From assembly GCA_965195285.1 (NCBI GenBank), contig CBDAFS010000031.1, positions 96,001 to 160,000 of the forward strand: a DNA stretch of 64,000 nucleotides. Direction: 5' to 3'. This DNA comes from an uncultured Aminicenantes bacterium (lineage in GTDB: Bacteria; Acidobacteriota; Aminicenantia; UBA2199). Positions 50,525 to 59,374 of the stretch are shown piece after piece. A program made the translations under genes and the position numbers. Below the pieces are notes generated by a model that was not told the DNA's origin, made no database searches, and saw only the letters and a list, made by a program, of their open reading frames with translations. Position 1 is the stretch's first letter, and each line of letters opens with the position of its first letter.

Positions 50525-52725
50525 AAAAACATAACTATTTTTTAATTCCTTTTCTTATTTTAAGTATTAATCTGTTCTCTCAGACCAATATCGATAGTCT
50601 GGAAAAAAGATTATCCCGATTTACCGGGACGAATGAGGAAAAAGTTAATATTTTAAATAAATTGGCAAAAGAGTATCTGAGTACATCACCTGAAAAATCA
50701 ATAGAATACGGACAACAAGCCTTGACATTATCAAAACAATTAAATTTCCTTAAAGGACAAGCAAAATCTTTAGAAAACATTGGAATAGGGCATTCTTATC
50801 TGGGCAATTACAATAAGGCTTTGGAATATCTTACCAAATCATTAACAATAAGTGAAAAAGCAGGATATATAAAAGGGGTTGCCGACACGGCAAAAAATAT
50901 TGGAATTAATTATCGAAAATTAAGCAATTATGATATGTCGTTAGAGTATTATTTAAAATCGTTAAAAAAATATGAACAAATTAAAGATAAAAATGGGGTT
51001 ACCGATGTTTTAAACAACATAGGAATTGTATATGGAAAATTAAGTAATTTTGATAAGGCGTTAGAATATTTTCTTAAATCATTAAAAATGTATGAAGAAA
51101 TGGGTAATAAAAAAGGTATTTCTTTTTCTTCAATTAATATTGGGAATGTCTATTATTTCTCAAAGAAGTATAACAAGGCATTGGATTATTTTCTAAAGTC
51201 CTTGAAGATTTTAAAAGAGCTCGGGAACAAATTCGGTATTGCCAGTTCTATGAGTAATATCGGAGAAATTTATCAACAATTAGGTGATTACGATAGGGCT
51301 TTGGAATATTATTTGAAATCATTAAAAATAGTAAAGGAAATCGGAGATAAGAACATCATTGTCATTAACTTAATCGGTATTGGAAATCTTTACTTAGAAA
51401 AGAAAAAGTATGACAAATCATTACAATATCTTGAGCAAGGGTTGACATTAGCAAATGAAATTGGAGCAAAAGATTTAATTCAGGAAATCTATAAGGTCTT
51501 TTCTGATTTGTATTCGAGAAAATCCAATTACAAAAAGGCTTTAAAATATTATTTGCTTTATTCGGAAGTAAAAGACAGTATTTTTACCAAAGAAAGCAAC
51601 AATAAAATTGCAGAAATGCAGACTAAATATGAGACGGAAAAGAAAGAAAAAGAAATCGAAATATTGCGCAAAGACAAAGAAATTCAAAATTTCGAGATAA
51701 TTCGCCAGAAAAATGTTCGCAACTCATTTATTGCTATTTCGGGATTAATTTTGGTTTTAGTTTTAGTGATTTACAGTCGTTATCATACCAAAAAGAAAGC
51801 AAATAAAATGCTTTCAGAAAAAAATATTCAAATTACCAAGCAAAAAAATCAGCTATCTCAAACTTTAGCCGAATTACAAGAGACTCAGAAAATATTAGTT
51901 GATACTGCACATCGAGCGGGAATGGCCGAGATTGCCAGCGGATTGCTCCATAATATAGGAAATGTACTAAACAGCGTTAAGGTATCCTCTCAACTTATTC
52001 AAGAAAAAATAGAAAAATCAAAGGTTAATGAATTACAAAAGGTGCTTGACTTGATGAAGCAGCACACAACCGATCTCAGTAATTATATGACTTCAGATGA
52101 AAAGGGGAAAATGCTTCCGGCTTATTTAATAAAAGTAGGAAAAATACTGAATGATGAACAAAATAGCCACCTGAATGAACTATCCATTTTAGGCAGTGGT
52201 TTAAATCACATCGAGGAAATTGTAACTGTTCAGCAAAATTATGCAGGTGTCTCAGGTGTTGTGGAATTAATCACTTTATCAAATATAATGGACGATGTTT
52301 TAAAGATGTATCAAGACACTTTTAAAAAACATATGATTGAAGTGGTCAAGCACTATAAGGAGCTTCCCCCTGTTCTGGTTGAGAAAGGAAAATTAATGCA
52401 GGTTTTTGTCAATCTCCTGAAAAACGCGCAGGAATCTCTGGTTTCAAAAGGTGATAAAAAGAAGGTAATTACCATAAACATTTCAGAAGACGAAGAAAGG
52501 AAACATCAGATAGTTGAAATCGTTGATAATGGAACTGGAATAAAAAAAGACCATGTTAAGCAAATATTTTCTTTTGGGTTTACTACTAAAAAAGGCAGTC
52601 AGGGTTTAGGCCTTCATACCGGTGCTTTGACAATGGCTGAGATGGGAGGTAAAATAGTCGCATTCAGTGAGGGAGAAGGACGGGGGGTTACATTTACTGT
52701 GATCTTACCGGAAAACAAACAATAA
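50521..52725 (+). CDS. TPR-repeat membrane sensor histidine kinase
   Basis: About 7 TPRs (ALEYYLKSL...NIG), TM helix, H-box AGMAEIASGLLHNIGNVL, DNGTGI, FGFTTKKGSQGLGL. Confidence 0.92.
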   Translation: MKKHNYFLIPFLILSINLFSQTNIDSLEKRLSRFTGTNEEKVNILNKLAKEYLSTSPEKSIEYGQQALTLSKQLNFLKGQAKSLENIGIGHSYLGNYNKALEYLTKSLTISEKAGYIKGVADTAKNIGINYRKLSNYDMSLEYYLKSLKKYEQIKDKNGVTDVLNNIGIVYGKLSNFDKALEYFLKSLKMYEEMGNKKGISFSSINIGNVYYFSKKYNKALDYFLKSLKILKELGNKFGIASSMSNIGEIYQQLGDYDRALEYYLKSLKIVKEIGDKNIIVINLIGIGNLYLEKKKYDKSLQYLEQGLTLANEIGAKDLIQEIYKVFSDLYSRKSNYKKALKYYLLYSEVKDSIFTKESNNKIAEMQTKYETEKKEKEIEILRKDKEIQNFEIIRQKNVRNSFIAISGLILVLVLVIYSRYHTKKKANKMLSEKNIQITKQKNQLSQTLAELQETQKILVDTAHRAGMAEIASGLLHNIGNVLNSVKVSSQLIQEKIEKSKVNELQKVLDLMKQHTTDLSNYMTSDEKGKMLPAYLIKVGKILNDEQNSHLNELSILGSGLNHIEEIVTVQQNYAGVSGVVELITLSNIMDDVLKMYQDTFKKHMIEVVKHYKELPPVLVEKGKLMQVFVNLLKNAQESLVSKGDKKKVITINISEDEERKHQIVEIVDNGTGIKKDHVKQIFSFGFTTKKGSQGLGLHTGALTMAEMGGKIVAFSEGEGRGVTFTVILPENKQ

Positions 52726-52734
52726 TAAGGAAAA

Positions 52735-55188
52735 ATGGTTATAAATAAAAGTATAAAAAATAAAAGAATATTAATCATCGATGATAATAAACAAATTCAT
52801 CTGGATTTCAAAAAAATATTACTTATTTCCAAAAGGGAGGAAAGTGACCTGGTCAGACTGGAAGAAGCTATACTGGGAAAAGAAGAAAAGAAAGAAGATG
52901 AAACATTCATCATCGATTGTGCATTTCAGGGGGAAGATGGTTTAAAGAAGGTTAAAGAGTCGCTTAAGAAAAACGAACCCTATGCCGTTGTATTTGTGGA
53001 TGTGAGGATGCCGCCGGGTTGGGATGGCATCGAGACAATATCCAGGATCTGGAAAGTGTATCCCGATTTGCAGGTTGTAATCTGTACAGCTTATTCCGAT
53101 TATTCTTGGGAAGAGATAATAAAAAAATTAGGTTATTCAGACAAACTTTTTATTTTAAAGAAGCCTTTTGACAACATAGAAGTCCGGCAACTAACCTATG
53201 CCCTCAGTAAAAAATGGGAACTCACCATGATCGCCAATTTAAATATGTCTGAACTGAATAAAAATATTGAAATGAGAACAAAAGAGTTGAGTGACTCAGA
53301 AGAAAAATACAGAACATTAATTGAGCATTCCAATGATATGATTTGGACTCTGGATAATAAAGGTCACTTTGCTTATATAAATAAAAAATCAGAAAATATA
53401 ACCGGGCATAAGGTTAAAGATGCGATCGGTGAGTCATTTGTACCTTTAATTTTTGAAGAGGATCTACCAAAAGTTGAGAAAGTCTTTAAAAAAACACTGC
53501 AGGGGAAGCCCCAGCATTACGATGTTAGGATTTATGACAGTAAAAAAAGACTGTTATTCTTATCTGTAAACACAGCACCAATTTTTAAAAAAGGAAAAAT
53601 GATAGGAACTGTCAGCTTTGGAAGAGACATAACCGAGCAAAAGCAGGCAGTGGAAAACCTTCGTAAAAATGAAGAAAAATATCGCTTGATAAGCGAAAAT
53701 ACCAGTGATTTAATTATAAAATCTACATTCACATTAAATCCGGTTTTCACCTATGTCAGTAATTCAGTAAAAAGTTTTGGTTATGAACCTGAAGAACTGA
53801 TTGGAACGCCATGTTTTGATATTATTCATCCTGATGATAAAAAAAACCTATTTCCCCTGTTAAAAAAATATATTAAAAAAATGGGAAAAGATTTTTTTGG
53901 TATTAAGGGTTCAGAGATCTTTGAAAAGGTTGAATTCAGGTCGAAAGACAAATCAGGGAACTGGCATTTTATGGAAAGCACGGTAAATTTCATAGACTCT
54001 GAAATATTATATATTGCCAGAGATATTACAGAGCGTAAACAACTCCAGGAAGAAATGTTTAAGGCACAGAAACTCGAATCCATTGGTATTCTTGCCGGAG
54101 GCATAGCTCATGATTTTAATAACATTCTAACCTCAATTATCGGGAATTTATCCCTGGCAAAATTGGAAGTAGATTCAAAAAATAAACTCGATAATATTTT
54201 GACAAAAATTGAAAAATCCTCACAGCAGGCACAGAATTTAACTCAGCAATTACTCACATTTGCCAGAGGAGGAGTACCGTTAAAAAAAGTGATTTCACTG
54301 ATTAACTTAATAAAAAATTCAACACTATTTGCCTTGAGAGGATCCAATGTCAGTGGCGAGTTTTTGATTTCTGACCATCTCTGGCCTGTAGATGTTGATG
54401 AAGGACAGATTAATCAAGTCATAAATAACCTAATTATTAATGCTGACCAGGCAATGCCCGGAGGAGGGGTAATAAAAGTTGGTGCCGAAAATATTGTTAT
54501 TGATGCCACACAAACTATCCTTATTAAAAAAGGAAAATATGTAAAAATAACCATAGAAGATCATGGAATCGGAATTTCAGAAGATCATCTGCAGAAAATA
54601 TTTGATCCCTATTTCACCACAAAACAAAAGGGAAGCGGGCTGGGATTGGCCATAACTTACTCAATTATAAAAAGGCATGACGGGTACATAACTCTTGAGT
54701 CACAAATTGGAGTTGGAACAACATTTCACATTTTCCTTCCGGCATCGAAAAAAAAGTTGTTTGCAAAAGAAGTGCAAAAGAAAAAGTCACTCCAGGTTGG
54801 GAAAGGGAAAGTCCTGGTAATGGATGATGAAGAGTCGGTTAGAGATGTTGCAGGAGAGATGCTAAGACGTATTGGCTGTACTGTTGAGCTTGCAAAGAAT
54901 GGCAGAGAAGCTTCAGAATTCTTCATGGAGGCAAAAAACTCCGGGATTCCATTTGATATTGTAATTTTAGATTTGACTGTTCCTGGTAGCCTGGGAGGCG
55001 AGGAAACAATTAAGGAATTGATTAAGATTGATCCCAAAGCAAAAGTAATAGTTTCCAGCGGTTATTCGGATGATCCGGTCCTGTCAAATTTCAGAAAGTA
55101 TGGTTTTTCAGGAATGATCTCAAAACCATACAGGATTCAGGAACTTAGTAAAGTTATAAATGAAGTCTTAAAGGTTAACAAAGAATGA
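52735..55188 (+). CDS. Cytoplasmic hybrid kinase REC - PAS - PAS - HisKA - HATPase - REC
   Basis: ILIIDDN...FVDVRMPPGWDG...CTAYSDYSW, two PAS domains, [12 protein letters not shown]-terminal REC. Confidence 0.93.
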   Translation: MVINKSIKNKRILIIDDNKQIHLDFKKILLISKREESDLVRLEEAILGKEEKKEDETFIIDCAFQGEDGLKKVKESLKKNEPYAVVFVDVRMPPGWDGIETISRIWKVYPDLQVVICTAYSDYSWEEIIKKLGYSDKLFILKKPFDNIEVRQLTYALSKKWELTMIANLNMSELNKNIEMRTKELSDSEEKYRTLIEHSNDMIWTLDNKGHFAYINKKSENITGHKVKDAIGESFVPLIFEEDLPKVEKVFKKTLQGKPQHYDVRIYDSKKRLLFLSVNTAPIFKKGKMIGTVSFGRDITEQKQAVENLRKNEEKYRLISENTSDLIIKSTFTLNPVFTYVSNSVKSFGYEPEELIGTPCFDIIHPDDKKNLFPLLKKYIKKMGKDFFGIKGSEIFEKVEFRSKDKSGNWHFMESTVNFIDSEILYIARDITERKQLQEEMFKAQKLESIGILAGGIAHDFNNILTSIIGNLSLAKLEVDSKNKLDNILTKIEKSSQQAQNLTQQLLTFARGGVPLKKVISLINLIKNSTLFALRGSNVSGEFLISDHLWPVDVDEGQINQVINNLIINADQAMPGGGVIKVGAENIVIDATQTILIKKGKYVKITIEDHGIGISEDHLQKIFDPYFTTKQKGSGLGLAITYSIIKRHDGYITLESQIGVGTTFHIFLPASKKKLFAKEVQKKKSLQVGKGKVLVMDDEESVRDVAGEMLRRIGCTVELAKNGREASEFFMEAKNSGIPFDIVILDLTVPGSLGGEETIKELIKIDPKAKVIVSSGYSDDPVLSNFRKYGFSGMISKPYRIQELSKVINEVLKVNKE

Positions 55189-56693
55189 TTTATTCTAAAT
55201 TTAAATCAATATTATTTCTTTTCTTTTTTTTGGGAGTCTTTTCTGTTATTGAGGCAAGAGATACCATTATTTACCTGCAACCTTCGGATGTGATCACACT
55301 CGATCCAGGGGAAGCCACCGATTTCTATTCTGCAGAGGTGATTTCAAATATTTTTGAAGGACTTGTTAGATTTAAAGCAAATTCCTTTGTTATTGAACCT
55401 TGTTTGGCAAGCCGGTGGGAAATCAAAGAAAATGGTAGAAAATGGGTTTTTTATTTGAGAAAAGGAATAGAGTTCCATAATGGAGAAACTTTTAATTCCG
55501 ATTCGGTTGTCTATTCATTTTTAATTCGAATGAAAAAAAAAGAAAGAGATTATAATAAATGGAATTTTTTATACTCTTTTATTTCCAGCGTAAAAGCTTT
55601 AGATGAATATAAAATAGAAATCACGCTTGTTAAGCCCTTTATACCCTTCCTGACCATTTTAGCAGAAACCACCAATTTTATCATTTCGACTGATTCTTAC
55701 AGGGATAAAGCTTTTATTCCGATAGGTACCGGACCATTTAAATTTTCAAAGTGGACAAAAGGTGAATCTTTAGTAATTGAGAAAAACAATAATTACTGGA
55801 GTGAGAGTGCAAAAATTTCCAAGGTGGTTTTCAAGGTTGTAAAGGATCCTCAGTGGAGAATCCTTCAAATAAAAAATAAAAATGCTGATATTATTTCTAT
55901 TGGATCAGCAAAAGAATATGATGAATTGGTAAGAAATAAAGAAATTAAATTTAAATCTATCACTTCCCTATCTGTACATTATTTAGCCTTTAATACAAGT
56001 AAAAAGCCTTTTGATAAGCTTGAAGTAAGAAAAGCTATCGCTCATATAATAAATAAAAAAATACTGATTACTTCAATTTTTCAAAACTTGGCAATCAATG
56101 CAACAACACCTTTACCGCCTCATCTCTTCGGGTTTAATAAAAACATCAAAGACTACAGTTTTGATATAAAGAGAGCAAAAACCTTACTTGAAAAAGTTGG
56201 TTATCAAAAAGGATTTGCAACCACTCTCCATTTTTCAGGTGAGACAAATTTCTTAGATAAGTTCATAAATAGACTCATTTTAAATACAAAATTAATTGAT
56301 GTAAAAATAATCAAAAAAAGGCATTCTTTTTCTGAATTAAGAGAAATTGCCAACAGGGGAGAACATAATATGCTGATTTTAGGATGGACAGCAAGTCCTG
56401 ATCCTGATCTGTTTCTATTTCCACAATTCACCATGAAAAAAGGAAATTTTAACAGAGCCTTTTATGAGAACCCTATACTGACTGAAATCCTTGAAAAAGC
56501 CAGAGAAACACTTTCTATACCTGAGAGAGCGCGACTTTATATGAAGGCACAGGAGATCATTCATAGAGATGTCCCATGGATTCCCCTCTTTCACTTATGT
56601 ATTACAAAGGCATATAATAATCAAATTATTGATTTAAATATAAATCGATTGGGATTTCTTGTTTTTAAAGATTCCTATTTCAAAAACCAATAG
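55185..56693 (+). CDS. ABC transporter substrate-binding protein, family 5 (peptide/nickel)
   Basis: TLDPG..., IFEGLV, LRKGIEFHNGE, IGTGPFKF, VRKAIAH, IPLFH. Confidence 0.92.
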   Translation: MIYSKFKSILFLFFFLGVFSVIEARDTIIYLQPSDVITLDPGEATDFYSAEVISNIFEGLVRFKANSFVIEPCLASRWEIKENGRKWVFYLRKGIEFHNGETFNSDSVVYSFLIRMKKKERDYNKWNFLYSFISSVKALDEYKIEITLVKPFIPFLTILAETTNFIISTDSYRDKAFIPIGTGPFKFSKWTKGESLVIEKNNNYWSESAKISKVVFKVVKDPQWRILQIKNKNADIISIGSAKEYDELVRNKEIKFKSITSLSVHYLAFNTSKKPFDKLEVRKAIAHIINKKILITSIFQNLAINATTPLPPHLFGFNKNIKDYSFDIKRAKTLLEKVGYQKGFATTLHFSGETNFLDKFINRLILNTKLIDVKIIKKRHSFSELREIANRGEHNMLILGWTASPDPDLFLFPQFTMKKGNFNRAFYENPILTEILEKARETLSIPERARLYMKAQEIIHRDVPWIPLFHLCITKAYNNQIIDLNINRLGFLVFKDSYFKNQ

Positions 56694-56694
56694 G

Positions 56695-56805
56695 GGATCG
56701 GTATACATCTATGATCCGGAAACCGGTGAGTGGAAAGTGATCAATCCCTCCGGCTCCTTGGCCTACAATTACCTGTCCCGTGATGAGTGGGGCTGGCTGG
56801 ATTGA
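56695..56805 (+). pseudogene. Possible orphan 3' gene fragment at the island junction
   Basis: Start-less frame GSVYIYDPETGEWKVINPSGSLAYNYLSRDEWGWLD*; abrupt rise in GC. Confidence 0.35.
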
Positions 56806-57473
56806 AGCGTATGGTGTCTCTGGAATTCCGGGTTATTTTTAAGGATTTTGATGATGAATTCCACCCGTCTGTTTTTTTGTCTGCCTGCGGGATTGTCCGA
56901 TCCGTCCTCTTTCTGGTTGGGTGCAATCGGTTTGGTCTCACCGTATCCGAATATCCCGAACGAGTTCCCGGGTAGTGTCGAATTTTTGATGATCCAGTCT
57001 TTTACCGATTGTGCTCTTTTCAGCGATAATTTGTGGTTATAGGCTTCGCTTCCCCTGGAATCGGTATGCCCGCTGATGTTGATTCCAGTGCTTTTATAGG
57101 CATTGATTAATTTAACCACTTTTTTCAATTCGGCTTCGGCATCTTTTCTGATGTTCCACCGGTCAAAGTCAAACAACACATCCCCGGACATGGCGATCTT
57201 TATCTCGGTATCGGTTATGGTTGCATTCAGGTCTTTCAGATTTTTATTTATTTCCTTTTGATCAAAATTCAATTCGGAAACAACTCCGATTATGGCCACC
57301 ACTTTGGATGATAAGGTCAATGCCCCCCGGTCCGGTCCCAGTGTTTTTAAGGCCTTTATGGCTTTGGGGTGGGCATCCGGGGGTATCAAAGAATCCTGTT
57401 CTGCTTTTGTGTTGATGGTGATACAGATGATGAGAATAAAAATTAATCCGATCAACCGTAGTTTGTTTTCCAT
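56769..57473 (-). CDS. OmpA family peptidoglycan-binding protein
   Basis: DVLFDFD, GHTDSRGSEAYNHKLSLKRA, GYGETKP, KNRRVE. Confidence 0.92.
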   Translation of the reverse strand: MENKLRLIGLIFILIICITINTKAEQDSLIPPDAHPKAIKALKTLGPDRGALTLSSKVVAIIGVVSELNFDQKEINKNLKDLNATITDTEIKIAMSGDVLFDFDRWNIRKDAEAELKKVVKLINAYKSTGINISGHTDSRGSEAYNHKLSLKRAQSVKDWIIKNSTLPGNSFGIFGYGETKPIAPNQKEDGSDNPAGRQKNRRVEFIIKILKNNPEFQRHHTLQSSQPHSSRDR

Positions 57474-57487
57474 TTTATTTGTTATTT

Positions 57488-57943
57488 TTAAGTCAGTTTT
57501 ATTTCCTCAAAGGGTAAAAAACCGGGAATTGAAATGGATATTGATTCGGGGTTGTCAACGGGCAACGGAAACTTGGCCCAGATATTTTTTATTTTCTGTG
57601 GCTTGATCCAGGATTCGAACCGGCCGCCCGAGCCATCGGAACTGAAGGGGCCGCCAATGCATTTGGCTTCCGAATCTTTCAAGATATAGTATTTTTTTTG
57701 ATTGGCTTCATCGATGATATAAAAATCTTTAAAATGAAAATCCAGTTTTACACTTTCATTACCGTTGTTTCTAATCTTGATCTTGACAGTAATGATGTTG
57801 TTTTTAATCGTCAGTCCGGTGAGTTCGGCAACAATATCTTCATTATCGGTTGATTCCTGGGTCTGAATGATACCGGCGTTGAGAGAGCCGAATCCGAAAA
57901 CCAGAATAAACATCAGCCATAGGACTCCGTTTTTTAAATTCAT
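57488..57943 (-). CDS. Secreted Ig-like hypothetical protein paired with OmpA
   Basis: GGAGG RBS, signal peptide ending LNA, KKYYILKD...WAKFP; promoter TTGACA-N17-TATTAT at 58029-58001. Confidence 0.75.
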   Translation of the reverse strand: MNLKNGVLWLMFILVFGFGSLNAGIIQTQESTDNEDIVAELTGLTIKNNIITVKIKIRNNGNESVKLDFHFKDFYIIDEANQKKYYILKDSEAKCIGGPFSSDGSGGRFESWIKPQKIKNIWAKFPLPVDNPESISISIPGFLPFEEIKLT

Positions 57944-58129
57944 TTTACCTCCTCTATGGAAATTCATATTTGATAAATATTCAATCGGGTCATTATTCCC
58001 ATAATAAAGTATAGATCATTGCCTGTCAAGAGCAAGCGTGTGGGGCAGAAACCGTCCCCTGTTTTCAACTTAGGATTCACTGGTACTAATTACTGGCCCC
58101 CAAATCCCATTGAAATATTATGTCGTGGA

Positions 58130-59089
58130 TTAAAATTCTATGGTTTTTGATTTTTCGTGTGGTTGAGCGGCTTTTGAACCGGCTGTAGCTGCGGCAATCT
58201 TTCCGCCCCCGAAACTGTCCATGGGATAAATAATAATGGTTGAACTTTCTTCTTTGGAAATCTCCAGGAGTGCCTGAATCTGCCTCAACTCCATGGTTCC
58301 CTCCTGGGTTGACAGTATTTGACTGGCTTCTGAAAGTGAAGTGGCTACCTTTTTTTCAGCTTCTGCTTGAATTTGTTTTGCCTGGGAGCTGCGCTCTGCC
58401 CGGGCCATAACGGCTAATTCCTCAATAAGAGAAGGGGGAGCAAAAATATCGGTTATCCGCACTGCCCTGACATTCACACCATAATCCTTTGCCGCTCCAT
58501 CGATCTCACTCTTCAAACTGGAAGCAATAGTTTCGGTTTCGCTGAGCAGGGGTCTCAGGTCATTTTTACCGATAGTACTTTTTAATGCCTCCATAGAAGC
58601 CCATTCGGTGGTTTTCCAGTAATCTTTAACCCGGATGGCCGCTTTTTCCGAATCTTCAATTTCCATTTCCACGGCAGCCGTCACATCAATCGGGACATTA
58701 TCCTTGGTCAGTGTTTTGGTCGCTTTTACCTCATAGGTAGTGATTCGAATATCGATAATACGGGCAATGGAGTAGATAAATGGCGGTATAATAAAAAAGC
58801 CCGGGCCTCTGACACCCACAGATTTTCCCAGGCGAAGCAAAACCAGCCTCTCCCATTCGGGCAGGATATAAAACATGCGGGCAATGGTATTGGCCACCCA
58901 GAGGATAACCAGGGTTATGACCACACCAGCAAAAATCCGACCGGGAGAAGGTTCTTCTCCAATTTGCTTAAAGCTGGAAAAAATATTCCTGAAAATCGGC
59001 CAGGCAAATATGTACCATAAGGGGATAGCAATTCCCCAGCGAAAAACATTACGGATAAATGTTTGAACGGGATTACGTTTTTGTAACAT
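58130..59089 (-). CDS. SPFH/stomatin (slipin) family protein
   Basis: EWERLVLLRLG...GPG, IDIRI, LTKDNVPI, ARAER. Confidence 0.9.
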   Translation of the reverse strand: MLQKRNPVQTFIRNVFRWGIAIPLWYIFAWPIFRNIFSSFKQIGEEPSPGRIFAGVVITLVILWVANTIARMFYILPEWERLVLLRLGKSVGVRGPGFFIIPPFIYSIARIIDIRITTYEVKATKTLTKDNVPIDVTAAVEMEIEDSEKAAIRVKDYWKTTEWASMEALKSTIGKNDLRPLLSETETIASSLKSEIDGAAKDYGVNVRAVRITDIFAPPSLIEELAVMARAERSSQAKQIQAEAEKKVATSLSEASQILSTQEGTMELRQIQALLEISKEESSTIIIYPMDSFGGGKIAAATAGSKAAQPHEKSKTIEF

Positions 59090-59234
59090 TTTTTCCTCCT
59101 TTTCCTTTTTTGTACTGTTCTTTTAGGAAATTCAAATGTTATTATGTTACCGCATAAAAAATACTCGATTTATTCATAGATCTATTTTAAGAGGAAATCA
59201 AACCAAAATCAACCCAAACACTGCCCCCCATTAC

Positions 59235-59263
59235 TTGACAAAAAATTATATTTGGTGTAATTT
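59235..59263 (+). promoter_or_regulatory. Sigma-70 promoter of the riboswitch leader
   Basis: TTGACA-N17-TAATTT places the TSS near 59270, at the 5' end of the RNA motif. Confidence 0.6.
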
Positions 59264-59270
59264 TAAAATT

Positions 59271-59370
59271 CATACTCCGAGCCTTGTTTGCTAACGCATC
59301 CCTGCCAGGCAACTGGGCCGATAGGGCATAAAGGGAAACCTTTATCGCCTGCCGTGTTTGCAAAGGAGGA
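59271..59370 (+). ncRNA. Moco (molybdenum/tungsten cofactor) riboswitch-like motif
   Basis: 5' ACUCCGAGC; GNRA stems CCAG-GCAA-CUGG and AUAAAGG-GAAA-CCUUUAU inside AGGG...GCCU; 3' GCCUGCCGUGUUUGCAAAGGAG versus canonical GCCUCCCGUAUUUGGAAAGG(A/U)G; P1 CUCC/GGAG overlaps the SD. Confidence 0.8.
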
Positions 59371-59374
59371 TTTT

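Noticed and set aside
58034-58062. GGGGCAGAAACCGTCCCC hairpin resembling REP-type repeats
   Set aside because: Single copy in the window and no associated transposase
59271-59370. Cobalamin or TPP riboswitch as the leader of the TonB receptor
   Set aside because: No B12 box (GCCACUG...AGYCAGRAGACC) and no TPP CUGAGA/ACCUG core; the landmarks match the Moco motif instead
59288-59374. ORF-track N-terminal extension of the TonB-dependent receptor (MLTHPCQATG...)
   Set aside because: It lies inside the riboswitch; the ATG at 59375 has an AAGGAGG SD and begins a proper signal peptide
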